A DNA stretch of 25,192 nucleotides, from the NCBI GenBank assembly GCA_964619725.1, contig CAZUFC010000114.1, forward strand, positions 1-25,192. The letters run 5' to 3'. Below the pieces are notes generated by a model. The model had not been told where the DNA came from, did no database searches, and was given only the letters and a program-made list of their open reading frames with translations. Numbering within the stretch: position 1 is the first letter of the stretch; every line of letters starts with the position of its first letter. The stretch comes from an uncultured bacterium. Its GTDB lineage: Bacteria; CSSED10-310; CAZUFC01. A program made the translations under genes and the position numbers. Of the stretch, positions 7,905 through 16,409 are shown piece by piece.

Positions 7905-9656
7905 TCAATCGGCGGAAAAACCTAATTTTTCAGCTTCATCGATATGTCGAGCGGCGGAAATTTCATCGCCTTTCACATCCCGATAAAGTATGCTCAGATA
8001 CCAATGAGAAGCGCCCGGAAGATTCTGGACTTCCTCAACGGTAACCGGGTCCTGAAAATCATAGACTCTCTCTTTTTCATCCATCAAAGAATTAGGTCCT
8101 CTCAACGACAGATTATTAGGAGTCTGAATGATGAGCTTTAATGATTCCTCGGCCATATCCAGGTTGGTCTGCAATTCCACAGCGCAGCGGGAAAAATAAA
8201 ACCTGGCGAGAAGGCTTTCGGCTTCAGCGACGAGTTTGTGCAATATCTCGATGGCCGAACCGAAATCATTCTGTTTGACGTAGGTCGCCGCCATATAAAG
8301 TTCAATATCAGGCATGGAAACCTTCATGTAATTCTGCGCCAATCGCAGTTCTTCCAGTCCTTCCTGATGATCCTCTTTTAAAAGGCGGCACAGACCCAGG
8401 GCAAAATGAGCCTCAGCATGCGTAAATTCATCTCTGAGGATATGCTTAAAATCTTCGGCAGCGTCGTCGGTTTGTCTTCTGCTGTAATGAGTCCATCCTC
8501 GGTTCAACAAGAAGTCGATTTTTTTCTTGTTTATTTTGTCTCGAAAATAGGCCGGGTCTTTATTCATAATTCGACAGAAAGCCGAATAATCCTCCATGGC
8601 CTCCGTAAACTCATTATGCTCCAGTTTGTCCTCAGCTTTCCCCAACAATATCTTACTCCGTAATTCCTTCTTCTGTTCCTCCAGCCTCATCGGCGACACA
8701 TTGCGAAAGGACATGGACTCAACGCTTCTCATCGCCTTGTCGTATTCTTTCTGATCTATCAGGTTCATTATTTCTGCGATTTTTTTTTCCATCGTATGAG
8801 CCGTGAATATTTTGGGAAATATAAGCTGAACAATGATGAAAAGGATCAAAAAAATGATCAGACCCACAGAAATGATGAGCAGAGGATTCTTCCTTACAAT
8901 AAGCTGCTCTTTGACAATTCCCAGGATCGTGGTCTCATCCTGAACCGATTCCTTCCTGATAACCGGCGGTTCGGTATCTTCCCTGACCAATGACTTCAAA
9001 AGCTGGATCATATATCGCGCCTGTCTGTGAATATCCAGGTCCCTTAATTGTCTCTCTTCCTCATCGCTCAACGGCCTTCCTCGCAAAGCCAACTCCTGCC
9101 TGAGGCCATCCAGGCTGATCGTGTTATAGAGATGTATCTCCACCGTTTCCTTGATGTCGTCCATCAGCAAACCATCGACCATTCGCCCTACGGCCTTGTC
9201 GCCCAAACCTATAATCACGTTTTCTATCTTCTTTTTTAACTGTGGAGGCGGATTGTGAGAAAGTTCTTCCAGTAAAGGTATGGCTATCGCTTCACCGTCT
9301 ATTCCGGCGAGCACGTCCACAAGATGCATCTTCTTGCGTATGCTTCGCGTCTCCTTGAACTCTTCGATAACAGGCTCCAGGCTTGCCTCTTCATAATAAA
9401 TCAATTCGGTTTTGATCGCTCTTATTACCGCATCCCCCGATTTATTGTTCAGATTGGTCAACAAGTGAGGAATAAAATCCGTGTCGTAATAGTTGGAAAT
9501 TTCATCCAACGCCATCAATTTTTCCGTTCCTATTCCCTCGCTTAATTTCTGAACCAGATTTGAAAAAACGGCGGGGTCAACGTCATCTCTCGCTGAGACG
9601 CAAGAAACTAAAGCCGCAAAAATGATTATGATTGTAACTATGCTTCTGTAAGTCAT
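7905..9656 (-). CDS. Membrane protein: signal peptide, HEAT-like repeats, one TM helix, C-terminal TPR repeats
   Basis: Hydrophobic N-terminus (LVSC possible lipobox), helical repeats such as LVDVLAGIDGEAIAIPLLEEL, TM LLIISVGLIIFLILFIIVQLIF, TPR-like AEAHFALGLC. ATG at 9656 has a GAGG RBS; alternative TTG start at 9677. Confidence 0.75.
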   Translation of the reverse strand: MTYRSIVTIIIIFAALVSCVSARDDVDPAVFSNLVQKLSEGIGTEKLMALDEISNYYDTDFIPHLLTNLNNKSGDAVIRAIKTELIYYEEASLEPVIEEFKETRSIRKKMHLVDVLAGIDGEAIAIPLLEELSHNPPPQLKKKIENVIIGLGDKAVGRMVDGLLMDDIKETVEIHLYNTISLDGLRQELALRGRPLSDEEERQLRDLDIHRQARYMIQLLKSLVREDTEPPVIRKESVQDETTILGIVKEQLIVRKNPLLIISVGLIIFLILFIIVQLIFPKIFTAHTMEKKIAEIMNLIDQKEYDKAMRSVESMSFRNVSPMRLEEQKKELRSKILLGKAEDKLEHNEFTEAMEDYSAFCRIMNKDPAYFRDKINKKKIDFLLNRGWTHYSRRQTDDAAEDFKHILRDEFTHAEAHFALGLCRLLKEDHQEGLEELRLAQNYMKVSMPDIELYMAATYVKQNDFGSAIEILHKLVAEAESLLARFYFSRCAVELQTNLDMAEESLKLIIQTPNNLSLRGPNSLMDEKERVYDFQDPVTVEEVQNLPGASHWYLSILYRDVKGDEISAARHIDEAEKLGFSAD

Positions 9657-9673
9657 AATTAACCTCGGTCTTT

Positions 9674-10528
9674 TCAATGTAATTTCAAGGAATGGATATA
9701 ACTCCTCAGGGTTTCTCCAATTTCGGGAGAGCGTAAAGCTGTTTCGAGCGTAGCGGACAGATACTCCATCCGATCATCGAATCTAACGAAATCGTCTTCA
9801 AATTCAAGCGCGTATACCGTCCCTGCCGCAAGCGCGGCTCTGACGACATCCGACAGCCCCCATTCCCTGTCTGTTATCGTTTCTTTTAATGATTCGAATA
9901 AGCTTGAATCAAAAACCAACCTTCCTTTCAGCGTCTTCTCGTTTTCTCCCGCTTTCTCTTTGTCCGAAACATCCCGAACCCGATAAATGCCATCTCCGGC
10001 ATTTTCAACGGCCAGGCAACCATAAGCCGGTCGTTGCTTCTCATCGAAAGGACTCACCGCAACAACCGCCCCGCCCGTCTTCTCGCGAATCTCCGCTAAT
10101 CTTTGTAATGCAGAAACCTCACCTGTATATATTTCTTCCGGCATCAACACACCGAAATTTTCACCCCCGATAAGACCTTCGGCCTCCATTAACGCATCTT
10201 TCAGGTCGGATGTTCCCCTGCTTCGAATAAACGCTATTCGGATCATATCCGTTATTTCTTTCAACATTTCCCGGAACCTGACTTTTCCGGCTCCTTCCAG
10301 ATATTTGTCCAACTCCTGAGAAAACGCAAAATACTCCGGAACGATTCGTTGTCTTTCTCCCAGTATCATAATCGCAATTTCAATACCGGCTCTTGAGGCT
10401 TCTTCAATAATGTAATGAATTGCGGGTCTGTCTACCAGAGGAAGCATTTCTCTCGGCATCGCGTTCGACGCCGGCATAAATTCCAGCGCTTCCTTCATTG
10501 CCGGAATAACGGCTTTCGTCATCTGCAT
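9674..10528 (-). CDS. GalU/GalF-like nucleotidyltransferase-fold protein with degenerate active site
   Basis: KAVIPA...P.EMLPLVDRPAIHYIIEEASRAGIE and C-terminal EYLSATLETAL match GalU, but AGLGTRF is replaced by MKEALEF; GAGGAG RBS. Confidence 0.85.
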   Translation of the reverse strand: MQMTKAVIPAMKEALEFMPASNAMPREMLPLVDRPAIHYIIEEASRAGIEIAIMILGERQRIVPEYFAFSQELDKYLEGAGKVRFREMLKEITDMIRIAFIRSRGTSDLKDALMEAEGLIGGENFGVLMPEEIYTGEVSALQRLAEIREKTGGAVVAVSPFDEKQRPAYGCLAVENAGDGIYRVRDVSDKEKAGENEKTLKGRLVFDSSLFESLKETITDREWGLSDVVRAALAAGTVYALEFEDDFVRFDDRMEYLSATLETALRSPEIGETLRSYIHSLKLH

Positions 10529-11060
10529 TTATACTCTCCTCGCTTTTCTTCTTCTCGGTTCCCTTTGGCTCAGCATCAGAGTTCTCGTCATCGCTAATTT
10601 TCTCCCTCCTGAATCTTATTATTACCTTTTTCATTATAAAATATGCAGCGACGCTGACAACCGCTCCCAATAGCGTGCACCCCAGCAGAAACGGCAAAAA
10701 AAGACTCCAGAAACCCTCCCAGCTCACCAAAGTTTCCTTTAACTCGTTTAAACTTCTCGGCATAAGCGTACTTTCGTCCGCTCCGTATCCTAAAAGAAAT
10801 CGACCCGTCGCAAAAGCCGCCGCATAAAAAAAAGGCGCTATCCAGGGAGGATTCAGCATAGTCCCGACTAAAGCTGAAAACGCCTGCAACCGCAGTAAAG
10901 GGATGAGGATCATCGTTGTTGCCGTGTGAGTCCCGTAGAAAGGATTCAGACTTATGAACATTCCTATAGCAAAGCTTCTCGCCAGATATGACGGACTTCC
11001 CTTCAGCTTGACGATATCTATTAATGCCTTCTTTAGGCGAGAGCGAAGTCCCCCCTTCAT
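10404..11060 (-). CDS. DUF2062-family membrane protein
   Basis: SPSYLARSFAIGMFISLNPFYGTHT...NPPW...PFLLG pattern with 3-4 TM segments; the charged tail overlaps the next gene by 125 nt. Confidence 0.75.
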   Translation of the reverse strand: MKGGLRSRLKKALIDIVKLKGSPSYLARSFAIGMFISLNPFYGTHTATTMILIPLLRLQAFSALVGTMLNPPWIAPFFYAAAFATGRFLLGYGADESTLMPRSLNELKETLVSWEGFWSLFLPFLLGCTLLGAVVSVAAYFIMKKVIIRFRREKISDDENSDAEPKGTEKKKSEESINADDESRYSGNEGSAGIYAGVERDAERNASSGRQTRNSLHY

Positions 11061-11166
11061 TTTTTTTTTATATTCGTTTGTGGGAAGTTCAGTTTCTATG
11101 GCCGGCTCCTATTCAATTATTCTGAAAATTCTGCGGCTTGTTTCGGTCAATCCCTTCAGAGCTTTC

Positions 11167-11205
11167 ATACTACTACTTGACAAAATTTAAGTCAATACTT
11201 AGATT
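11167..11205. promoter_or_regulatory. Overlapping divergent sigma70 promoters
   Basis: Plus strand: TTGACA (11177-11182), 17 nt, TAGATT (11200-11205). Minus strand: TTGACT (11190-11195), 17 nt, TAGTAT (11167-11172). Confidence 0.6.
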
Positions 11206-11241
11206 AATTTTCCCTTTTAATCCTGAGAAAGGGAGGGACAA

Positions 11242-11520
11242 ATGCCGATTTATGAATACAAATGTTCAGAATGCGGATACAAATTTGAAAAACTCGAAAG
11301 TTTCTCCGATAATAAAAAATCAAAATGCCCGCAATGCGGAGGCGAAGCCAGACGGCTCATATCATTAGCGGGATTTGTTCTGAAAGGAACGGGCTGGTAT
11401 GTTACGGATTACCCGTCCAAAGAGAGGAAAAAGGGAATGGAGCAAGAGAAAACAGCAGCCAAGGAATCGAAGCCGACACAATCGGAATCTTCCGATAAAA
11501 CGAAAAAAAAATCTGAATGA
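11242..11520 (+). CDS. FmdB-family zinc-ribbon protein
   Basis: [12 protein letters not shown]...CPQCGG...RLIS...[13 protein letters not shown] with low-complexity tail; GGAGG RBS. Confidence 0.92.
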   Translation: MPIYEYKCSECGYKFEKLESFSDNKKSKCPQCGGEARRLISLAGFVLKGTGWYVTDYPSKERKKGMEQEKTAAKESKPTQSESSDKTKKKSE

Positions 11521-11612
11521 ATGATTAATGATCTTTGAATCTCAAATTTGTTCTATTTTATTTGAACCTGCTTTGATTTACCGAATGTTTTATAAACTCA
11601 GGGAATTAGAGA

Positions 11613-12284
11613 ATGAACGAAAGAGAAAACAATAAAAAACCAGAGTGGAAAAGAATTGAAATAATGAGTGATTCGACAGAAGACAAAAAGAACAGAAGGG
11701 ATACAGAAAAAGGAACCGAAAAGGAAACGAAACATGCGGGGCCAGCTTCCGAAGCTGGAGTAGAATCGACGGATCAGGAGAATTCGCCGCAAAATGAAGT
11801 GACCGAAGAGGCTTCCGGAACGGAAGAAATCCCGGAACAGCAAGCCTCGAATTACCTGGAAAAACTCCAAAGACTTCAGGCAGAATTTGAAAATTTCAAA
11901 AAACGAACAGCCAAGGAAAAACGAGCCTGGCGGGAAAACGTGGAATCATCCCTGCTCAAAAAATTCTTGCCGATAATAGATTCTTTTGAGCGTGCATTCG
12001 AATCAGGCGACAAGGTACGGAATGAAGACGCCAGGTCCGTACTGGAGGGATTAAAATTAATCTACAATCAATTCATGTCCGTTCTCCTAAACGAAGGAAT
12101 TGAAAAAATAGAAACGGTGGGTGAGGAATTTGATCCTAATCTTCATGAAGCCGTCTCCACTTTGCATACGGACGAATATTCCGACCGTATGATAGTCTCG
12201 GAAATTTCATCGGGTTATAAGCGGGGAGACAAAGTGCTCATACCCGCTCGAGTCGTCGTGAACATCAAAGAAGAGTCTGAATAA
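11613..12284 (+). CDS. grpE: Nucleotide exchange factor GrpE
   Basis: RLQAEFENFKKR, LPIIDSFERA, FDPNLHEAV, GYKRGDKVLIPARVVV; acidic disordered N-terminus. Confidence 0.95.
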   Translation: MNERENNKKPEWKRIEIMSDSTEDKKNRRDTEKGTEKETKHAGPASEAGVESTDQENSPQNEVTEEASGTEEIPEQQASNYLEKLQRLQAEFENFKKRTAKEKRAWRENVESSLLKKFLPIIDSFERAFESGDKVRNEDARSVLEGLKLIYNQFMSVLLNEGIEKIETVGEEFDPNLHEAVSTLHTDEYSDRMIVSEISSGYKRGDKVLIPARVVVNIKEESE

Positions 12285-12353
12285 ACTCCTTCTCTTCGAT
12301 ATGCGGGCGACGGTCGGCCGGAGTTTTTTTCGACTGTGGTTCTTTTTTGAGGA

Positions 12354-13232
12354 GTGAATTTCCGTAAAAAGATGTCCTCTGAACGCCAAAAAACGATCGA
12401 ACGTCCTGTTGAGTTCATCGGAAAGGGCCTTCATACCGGCAAGACGACTCATTTACGGATCGAACCGGCTGCGCCGACCAACGGCATAACTTTTTCCTTT
12501 GATTATCGGAAGCAGCATATTTTTAATTTGTCTGTCGAGGCCGTGGAATCACTTTTTTACGCTACGAAACTGATTTTCGGAAACAATCGTCTTGCAACCG
12601 TAGAACATTTTTTTGCGGTGATAAATGCCTTTGAAATCGACAATCTTCATATAAACGTAAAGGGAGAAGAGTTGCCGATTTACGACGGCAGCGCCCTGGA
12701 GTACGTTCGATTATTCGAGAGCGCAGGCATCAGGATTCAAAACGCGCCGAGGAGGTTCTACAAAATTCTGAAGCCTTTAAAGATTTCGAACGGCGATAAA
12801 CATTTTCTATTCGAACCGTCCGATGATTTAATCATCAATTATCGCGTCGACTATACGCATCATGGGATAACAGCTCAGTCTCTTCAAATGAAAATCGATA
12901 AAAAAAGTTTTGTAAACCGGATTGCTCCGGCAAGGACATTCGGATTTCTTAACGAAATCGAAATATTAAGAAAAGATGGCCTCTTAAAAGGCGGGGAGCT
13001 CGAAAACGCGCTGGTATTCGACCAGGGCCGACTGATCTGCAACGAATTAAGATTTTCCGACGAGTTGGTGCGGCACAAAATCCTTGACTGCCTGGGAGAT
13101 TTGCTGCTTTTAGGAAGCCCCCTATCGGGAAAAGTATCCGTCGAAAAAGGGGGACACGATCTACACATAAAAGCGATCCGTTCTCTTTTATCCTCACGCG
13201 ATAATTTCTCCGTCACAGAAATGAATCCATGA
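12354..13232 (+). CDS. lpxC: UDP-3-O-acyl-N-acetylglucosamine deacetylase
   Basis: RQKTI...GKGLHTG, TVEH, ELPIYDGSA, IAPARTFGF, RHKILDCLGDL, GGHDLH; the true start may be ATG at 12372. Confidence 0.95.
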   Translation: MNFRKKMSSERQKTIERPVEFIGKGLHTGKTTHLRIEPAAPTNGITFSFDYRKQHIFNLSVEAVESLFYATKLIFGNNRLATVEHFFAVINAFEIDNLHINVKGEELPIYDGSALEYVRLFESAGIRIQNAPRRFYKILKPLKISNGDKHFLFEPSDDLIINYRVDYTHHGITAQSLQMKIDKKSFVNRIAPARTFGFLNEIEILRKDGLLKGGELENALVFDQGRLICNELRFSDELVRHKILDCLGDLLLLGSPLSGKVSVEKGGHDLHIKAIRSLLSSRDNFSVTEMNP

Positions 13233-13452
13233 AGCAGCCAGGTTTCTGCCGCCTATATCCTTCCAGGATTCGCCTGCTCCTCTGGAACAGCTTACCAGGA
13301 AAATGACGCAGCATTTTCTGCAGTATCGACAGAATTATACTGACTTCGGCAGGGTAATTACGGCAAATTAAATCTCTTGCTCCTGCCCTTCTTTTTCTGT
13401 AAAATTCCGACGGCGAACGAAACCGAAATCGGTATGCGGAGCTTAAGCTGAA

Positions 13453-14088
13453 TTGGATAAATTAATAACAAAAATCAGTTTTTTCCTGTTCCTTTCCTGG
13501 GGGTTCTTTTGTTACGCCCCCGCAACGCCGGCAGAGGAGGCGAAGCTGACCGGACTGTCTGTCGAACACAATAAAGGAGAGATCACCGTATCGGCTGTTC
13601 TTGAAGGAGCATTCACCGACGAAATAGTCGACGATATCCGCAGCGGCATACCAACGGCTTTTCGCTATATTTTAAAAATTCAGAGGCGACGTGGTTGGTG
13701 GTGGGATGAAACCGTCATGAAAAAAGAAGTAATTCATCTGATTCAATACAGCAATTTGAAACAGGAATTTCGCATCACCATCGGATCGAACGGAGAAGAG
13801 AACAAAATCATTACGAAAGACTTTGAAAAAGCAAAACAAATGATGTCACGGTTTGAAACTTCTTTTCGACTGCCGCCGATGAAGGATCGGCAGAGTTTCG
13901 AATTTTACGTGAAGTTGAAGACGGAAATGAAAACCAGTCGCATGCCGATCCCTTTCAATATAATATTTTTCTTTATCTCCTGGGATTTTGAAACCTCCTG
14001 GGTTTACTCGGAACCCTTTCAGGTTCAGGAAAGTTATAAAATAAACTCCAAATCGGAAACCGATTCCGATACTGCTCCTGAAAGATGA
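13453..14088 (+). CDS. DUF4390-family exported protein
   Basis: Signal peptide; IRSGIP.F.Y...RRGWWWDE...WDFETSW pattern; usual position upstream of ntrY-ntrX. Confidence 0.7.
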   Translation: MDKLITKISFFLFLSWGFFCYAPATPAEEAKLTGLSVEHNKGEITVSAVLEGAFTDEIVDDIRSGIPTAFRYILKIQRRRGWWWDETVMKKEVIHLIQYSNLKQEFRITIGSNGEENKIITKDFEKAKQMMSRFETSFRLPPMKDRQSFEFYVKLKTEMKTSRMPIPFNIIFFFISWDFETSWVYSEPFQVQESYKINSKSETDSDTAPER

Positions 14089-14129
14089 GCATTATTGGCT
14101 GAAAAGCCGGCATTCCTAGTCATCCCGGA

Positions 14130-16409
14130 TTGAAAACAATGTCTGCAGCAAAAGAGGACAAACAGAAAAAAGAGGTCGCCTATTCTGATCGTCTGAGAAG
14201 ACGAAGAAAGAACCTGATTATCGTTTTCAGTCTTATGCTGGCGCTTATAATTCTCAGCGTCGTCGAGATGCTGGTATTCAAAAATCAATCTCTGCTGATT
14301 CTTGTCCTGATCAATTTCAATATCATTTTGCTTCTGCTGTTGCTGTTGCTCATTTTACGAAATGTAGTCAAGCTGATTTTCGAAAGAAGACATCGGCCTT
14401 TCGGGACAAAATTCAGGACGAAACTGGTCTTTGTTTTTGTGGGATTATCGTTATGGCCGACTATTTTTCTTTTCCTGGTGGCCTTCAATTTGATTTCAGA
14501 AAGCATAGACAACTGGTTCAATCCCCGTGTAGACGTATTTCTGATGAATGCATTACGAGTAGTGCATGATTATACTGATTCCACGCGGGATACGGCATTG
14601 CATTTCGGACGTTTGATGACAGAGGAAATCAAGCGAAGTGAGTTGTTGAATTCAAAAAAGGAAAGCGACTTAAAAAACCTTGTGGAAGAAAAACAAGACG
14701 AATATCGTCTGGGTATGGTTCAAGTATTCGATTTCACGGGCAAGGAACTGATACGAACGGCCAATCCTGCCCTTCCCATCGGCAAGGTAATGAAACCGGG
14801 TTCGGAGTATTTTCGCCAGGCTCTTAGCGGCAAGGAATTCTTCACCATCAGTCAACTGGAGGAAGGAGAACTGCTGCAGTGCGGTCTTCCGATTTGGAAC
14901 AAGGATAATCCTGAGCAGGTAGAGGGCATTCTCGTCGCAAATTATTATCTTCCGCAGTCCTTAGCCAGAAAAATAAATCAGATCAGCAACGATTATGAAA
15001 GATACCTCCAGCAGAGGCAGGCAATTTTTGAAACCAAGGGTTTGTATATCACTATACTGCTCATGATCACTCTTACGATTTTATTCGCTGCGGTTTGGCT
15101 GGGGTTCTACATCGCCCGGGGAATTACCATACCGATCGAACGGCTTGCTGAGGGAACCCGTGCCATTTCCACAGGCAACATGGATTTTCAGCTTGATGTG
15201 GAGGCCGGTGATGAAATAGGCGTTCTTGTGGAATCTTTCAATCAAATGACGGCTGATCTGAAAAAAAATAAAGAAGTAATAGAAAAGGCCCACGAAGAAT
15301 TGCAGCAGAAGAATCTGGAACTCAACAGACGCCGCATGGATATGGAAGCCATACTGGAAAACATCACGACCGGAGTGATCTCAATCGCTGCCGGCGGTTA
15401 CATAAAAACCATGAACGATTCGGCTGAAAAAAAGCTGGGACTTTCCAGACTCGTCTCCGGTCGCGCCCACTATCGTGAGGTTCTTAACAACGGATTCCTG
15501 CTGCCTTTATTGATGCTCATTGAAAATGCTTTCCGAACAGGCACGCCCATTGTTCACAAACAGCTTCATATGAAAATAGGTAAAAGGCCGGTGGTGTTTT
15601 CTGTTTCCGCTATACCGATGACCGATCCCAGTACGAGCAAATCAGGATTGCTTTTAGTTATTGAAGACCTGACAGAGCTTCTTAAAATACAAAAAATGGC
15701 GGCATGGCAGGAAGTCGCCAGAAGAATTGCTCATGAAATAAAGAATCCTCTGACGCCGATAAAATTGTCGGCCGAGCGCCTGCAGAAAAAACTTTCCGGC
15801 CCGGCCGCCGATTCAAACGCGGTTTTCAAAGAATTGACCGAGACGATTATTCAGGAAGTCGAAGGATTGCGGATACTGGTCAATGAGTTTTCCCGATTCG
15901 CCAAGATGCCCAAAGCGCAACCTCAACCAAATGATCTCCATAAGATTATCGATAATACCATCGGCATATATTGTGCGGTTGATGAATCCGTTCAGTTTGC
16001 GAGAAAATTTGATCCGGGAGTTCCGATTTTGCAGTTAGACGCTGAGCAGATAAAAAGAGCGCTGGTGAATTTATTTGATAATGCGCGGGAAGCCATGAAC
16101 GGAAAAGGTACGATAACCGTCTCCACTCGATACGACCCGGTCTTGAAAATAGTGACGCTGGAAATCGGGGACGAAGGGCCGGGAGTCAAACCGGACGACA
16201 AGGATAAGATGTTCCTCCCTTACTTTTCTACGAAAGAAAAGGGGACAGGATTGGGTCTGACTATAGTGGACAGAATTATTTCGGACCATAACGGATTCAT
16301 CCGTTTGAAAAACAGGAAACCGACAGGCTCATTGTTCGTTATTGAACTGCCTGCCTTGCATGCATCCATTGTCATGGGGAGCGAAAATAAAATTGGAAAC
16401 AATGTTTAA
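14130..16409 (+). CDS. ntrY: NtrY-like sensor histidine kinase (TM, periplasmic domain, HAMP, PAS, HisKA, HATPase)
   Basis: SIDNWF, HAMP GDEIGVLVESFNQM, AWQEVARRIAHEIKNPLTPI H-box, N/G1/F/G2 boxes; start may be ATG at 14139. Confidence 0.9.
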   Translation: MKTMSAAKEDKQKKEVAYSDRLRRRRKNLIIVFSLMLALIILSVVEMLVFKNQSLLILVLINFNIILLLLLLLLILRNVVKLIFERRHRPFGTKFRTKLVFVFVGLSLWPTIFLFLVAFNLISESIDNWFNPRVDVFLMNALRVVHDYTDSTRDTALHFGRLMTEEIKRSELLNSKKESDLKNLVEEKQDEYRLGMVQVFDFTGKELIRTANPALPIGKVMKPGSEYFRQALSGKEFFTISQLEEGELLQCGLPIWNKDNPEQVEGILVANYYLPQSLARKINQISNDYERYLQQRQAIFETKGLYITILLMITLTILFAAVWLGFYIARGITIPIERLAEGTRAISTGNMDFQLDVEAGDEIGVLVESFNQMTADLKKNKEVIEKAHEELQQKNLELNRRRMDMEAILENITTGVISIAAGGYIKTMNDSAEKKLGLSRLVSGRAHYREVLNNGFLLPLLMLIENAFRTGTPIVHKQLHMKIGKRPVVFSVSAIPMTDPSTSKSGLLLVIEDLTELLKIQKMAAWQEVARRIAHEIKNPLTPIKLSAERLQKKLSGPAADSNAVFKELTETIIQEVEGLRILVNEFSRFAKMPKAQPQPNDLHKIIDNTIGIYCAVDESVQFARKFDPGVPILQLDAEQIKRALVNLFDNAREAMNGKGTITVSTRYDPVLKIVTLEIGDEGPGVKPDDKDKMFLPYFSTKEKGTGLGLTIVDRIISDHNGFIRLKNRKPTGSLFVIELPALHASIVMGSENKIGNNV

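Noticed and set aside
13233-13452. Three CCAGG words and a weak hairpin after lpxC as an array or riboswitch
   Set aside because: Too short and irregular; no recognisable aptamer or repeat-spacer periodicity
16342-16401. 20 aa N-terminal extension of ntrX in the ORF track
   Set aside because: Non-ATG start inside ntrY; the receiver domain begins at ATG 16402
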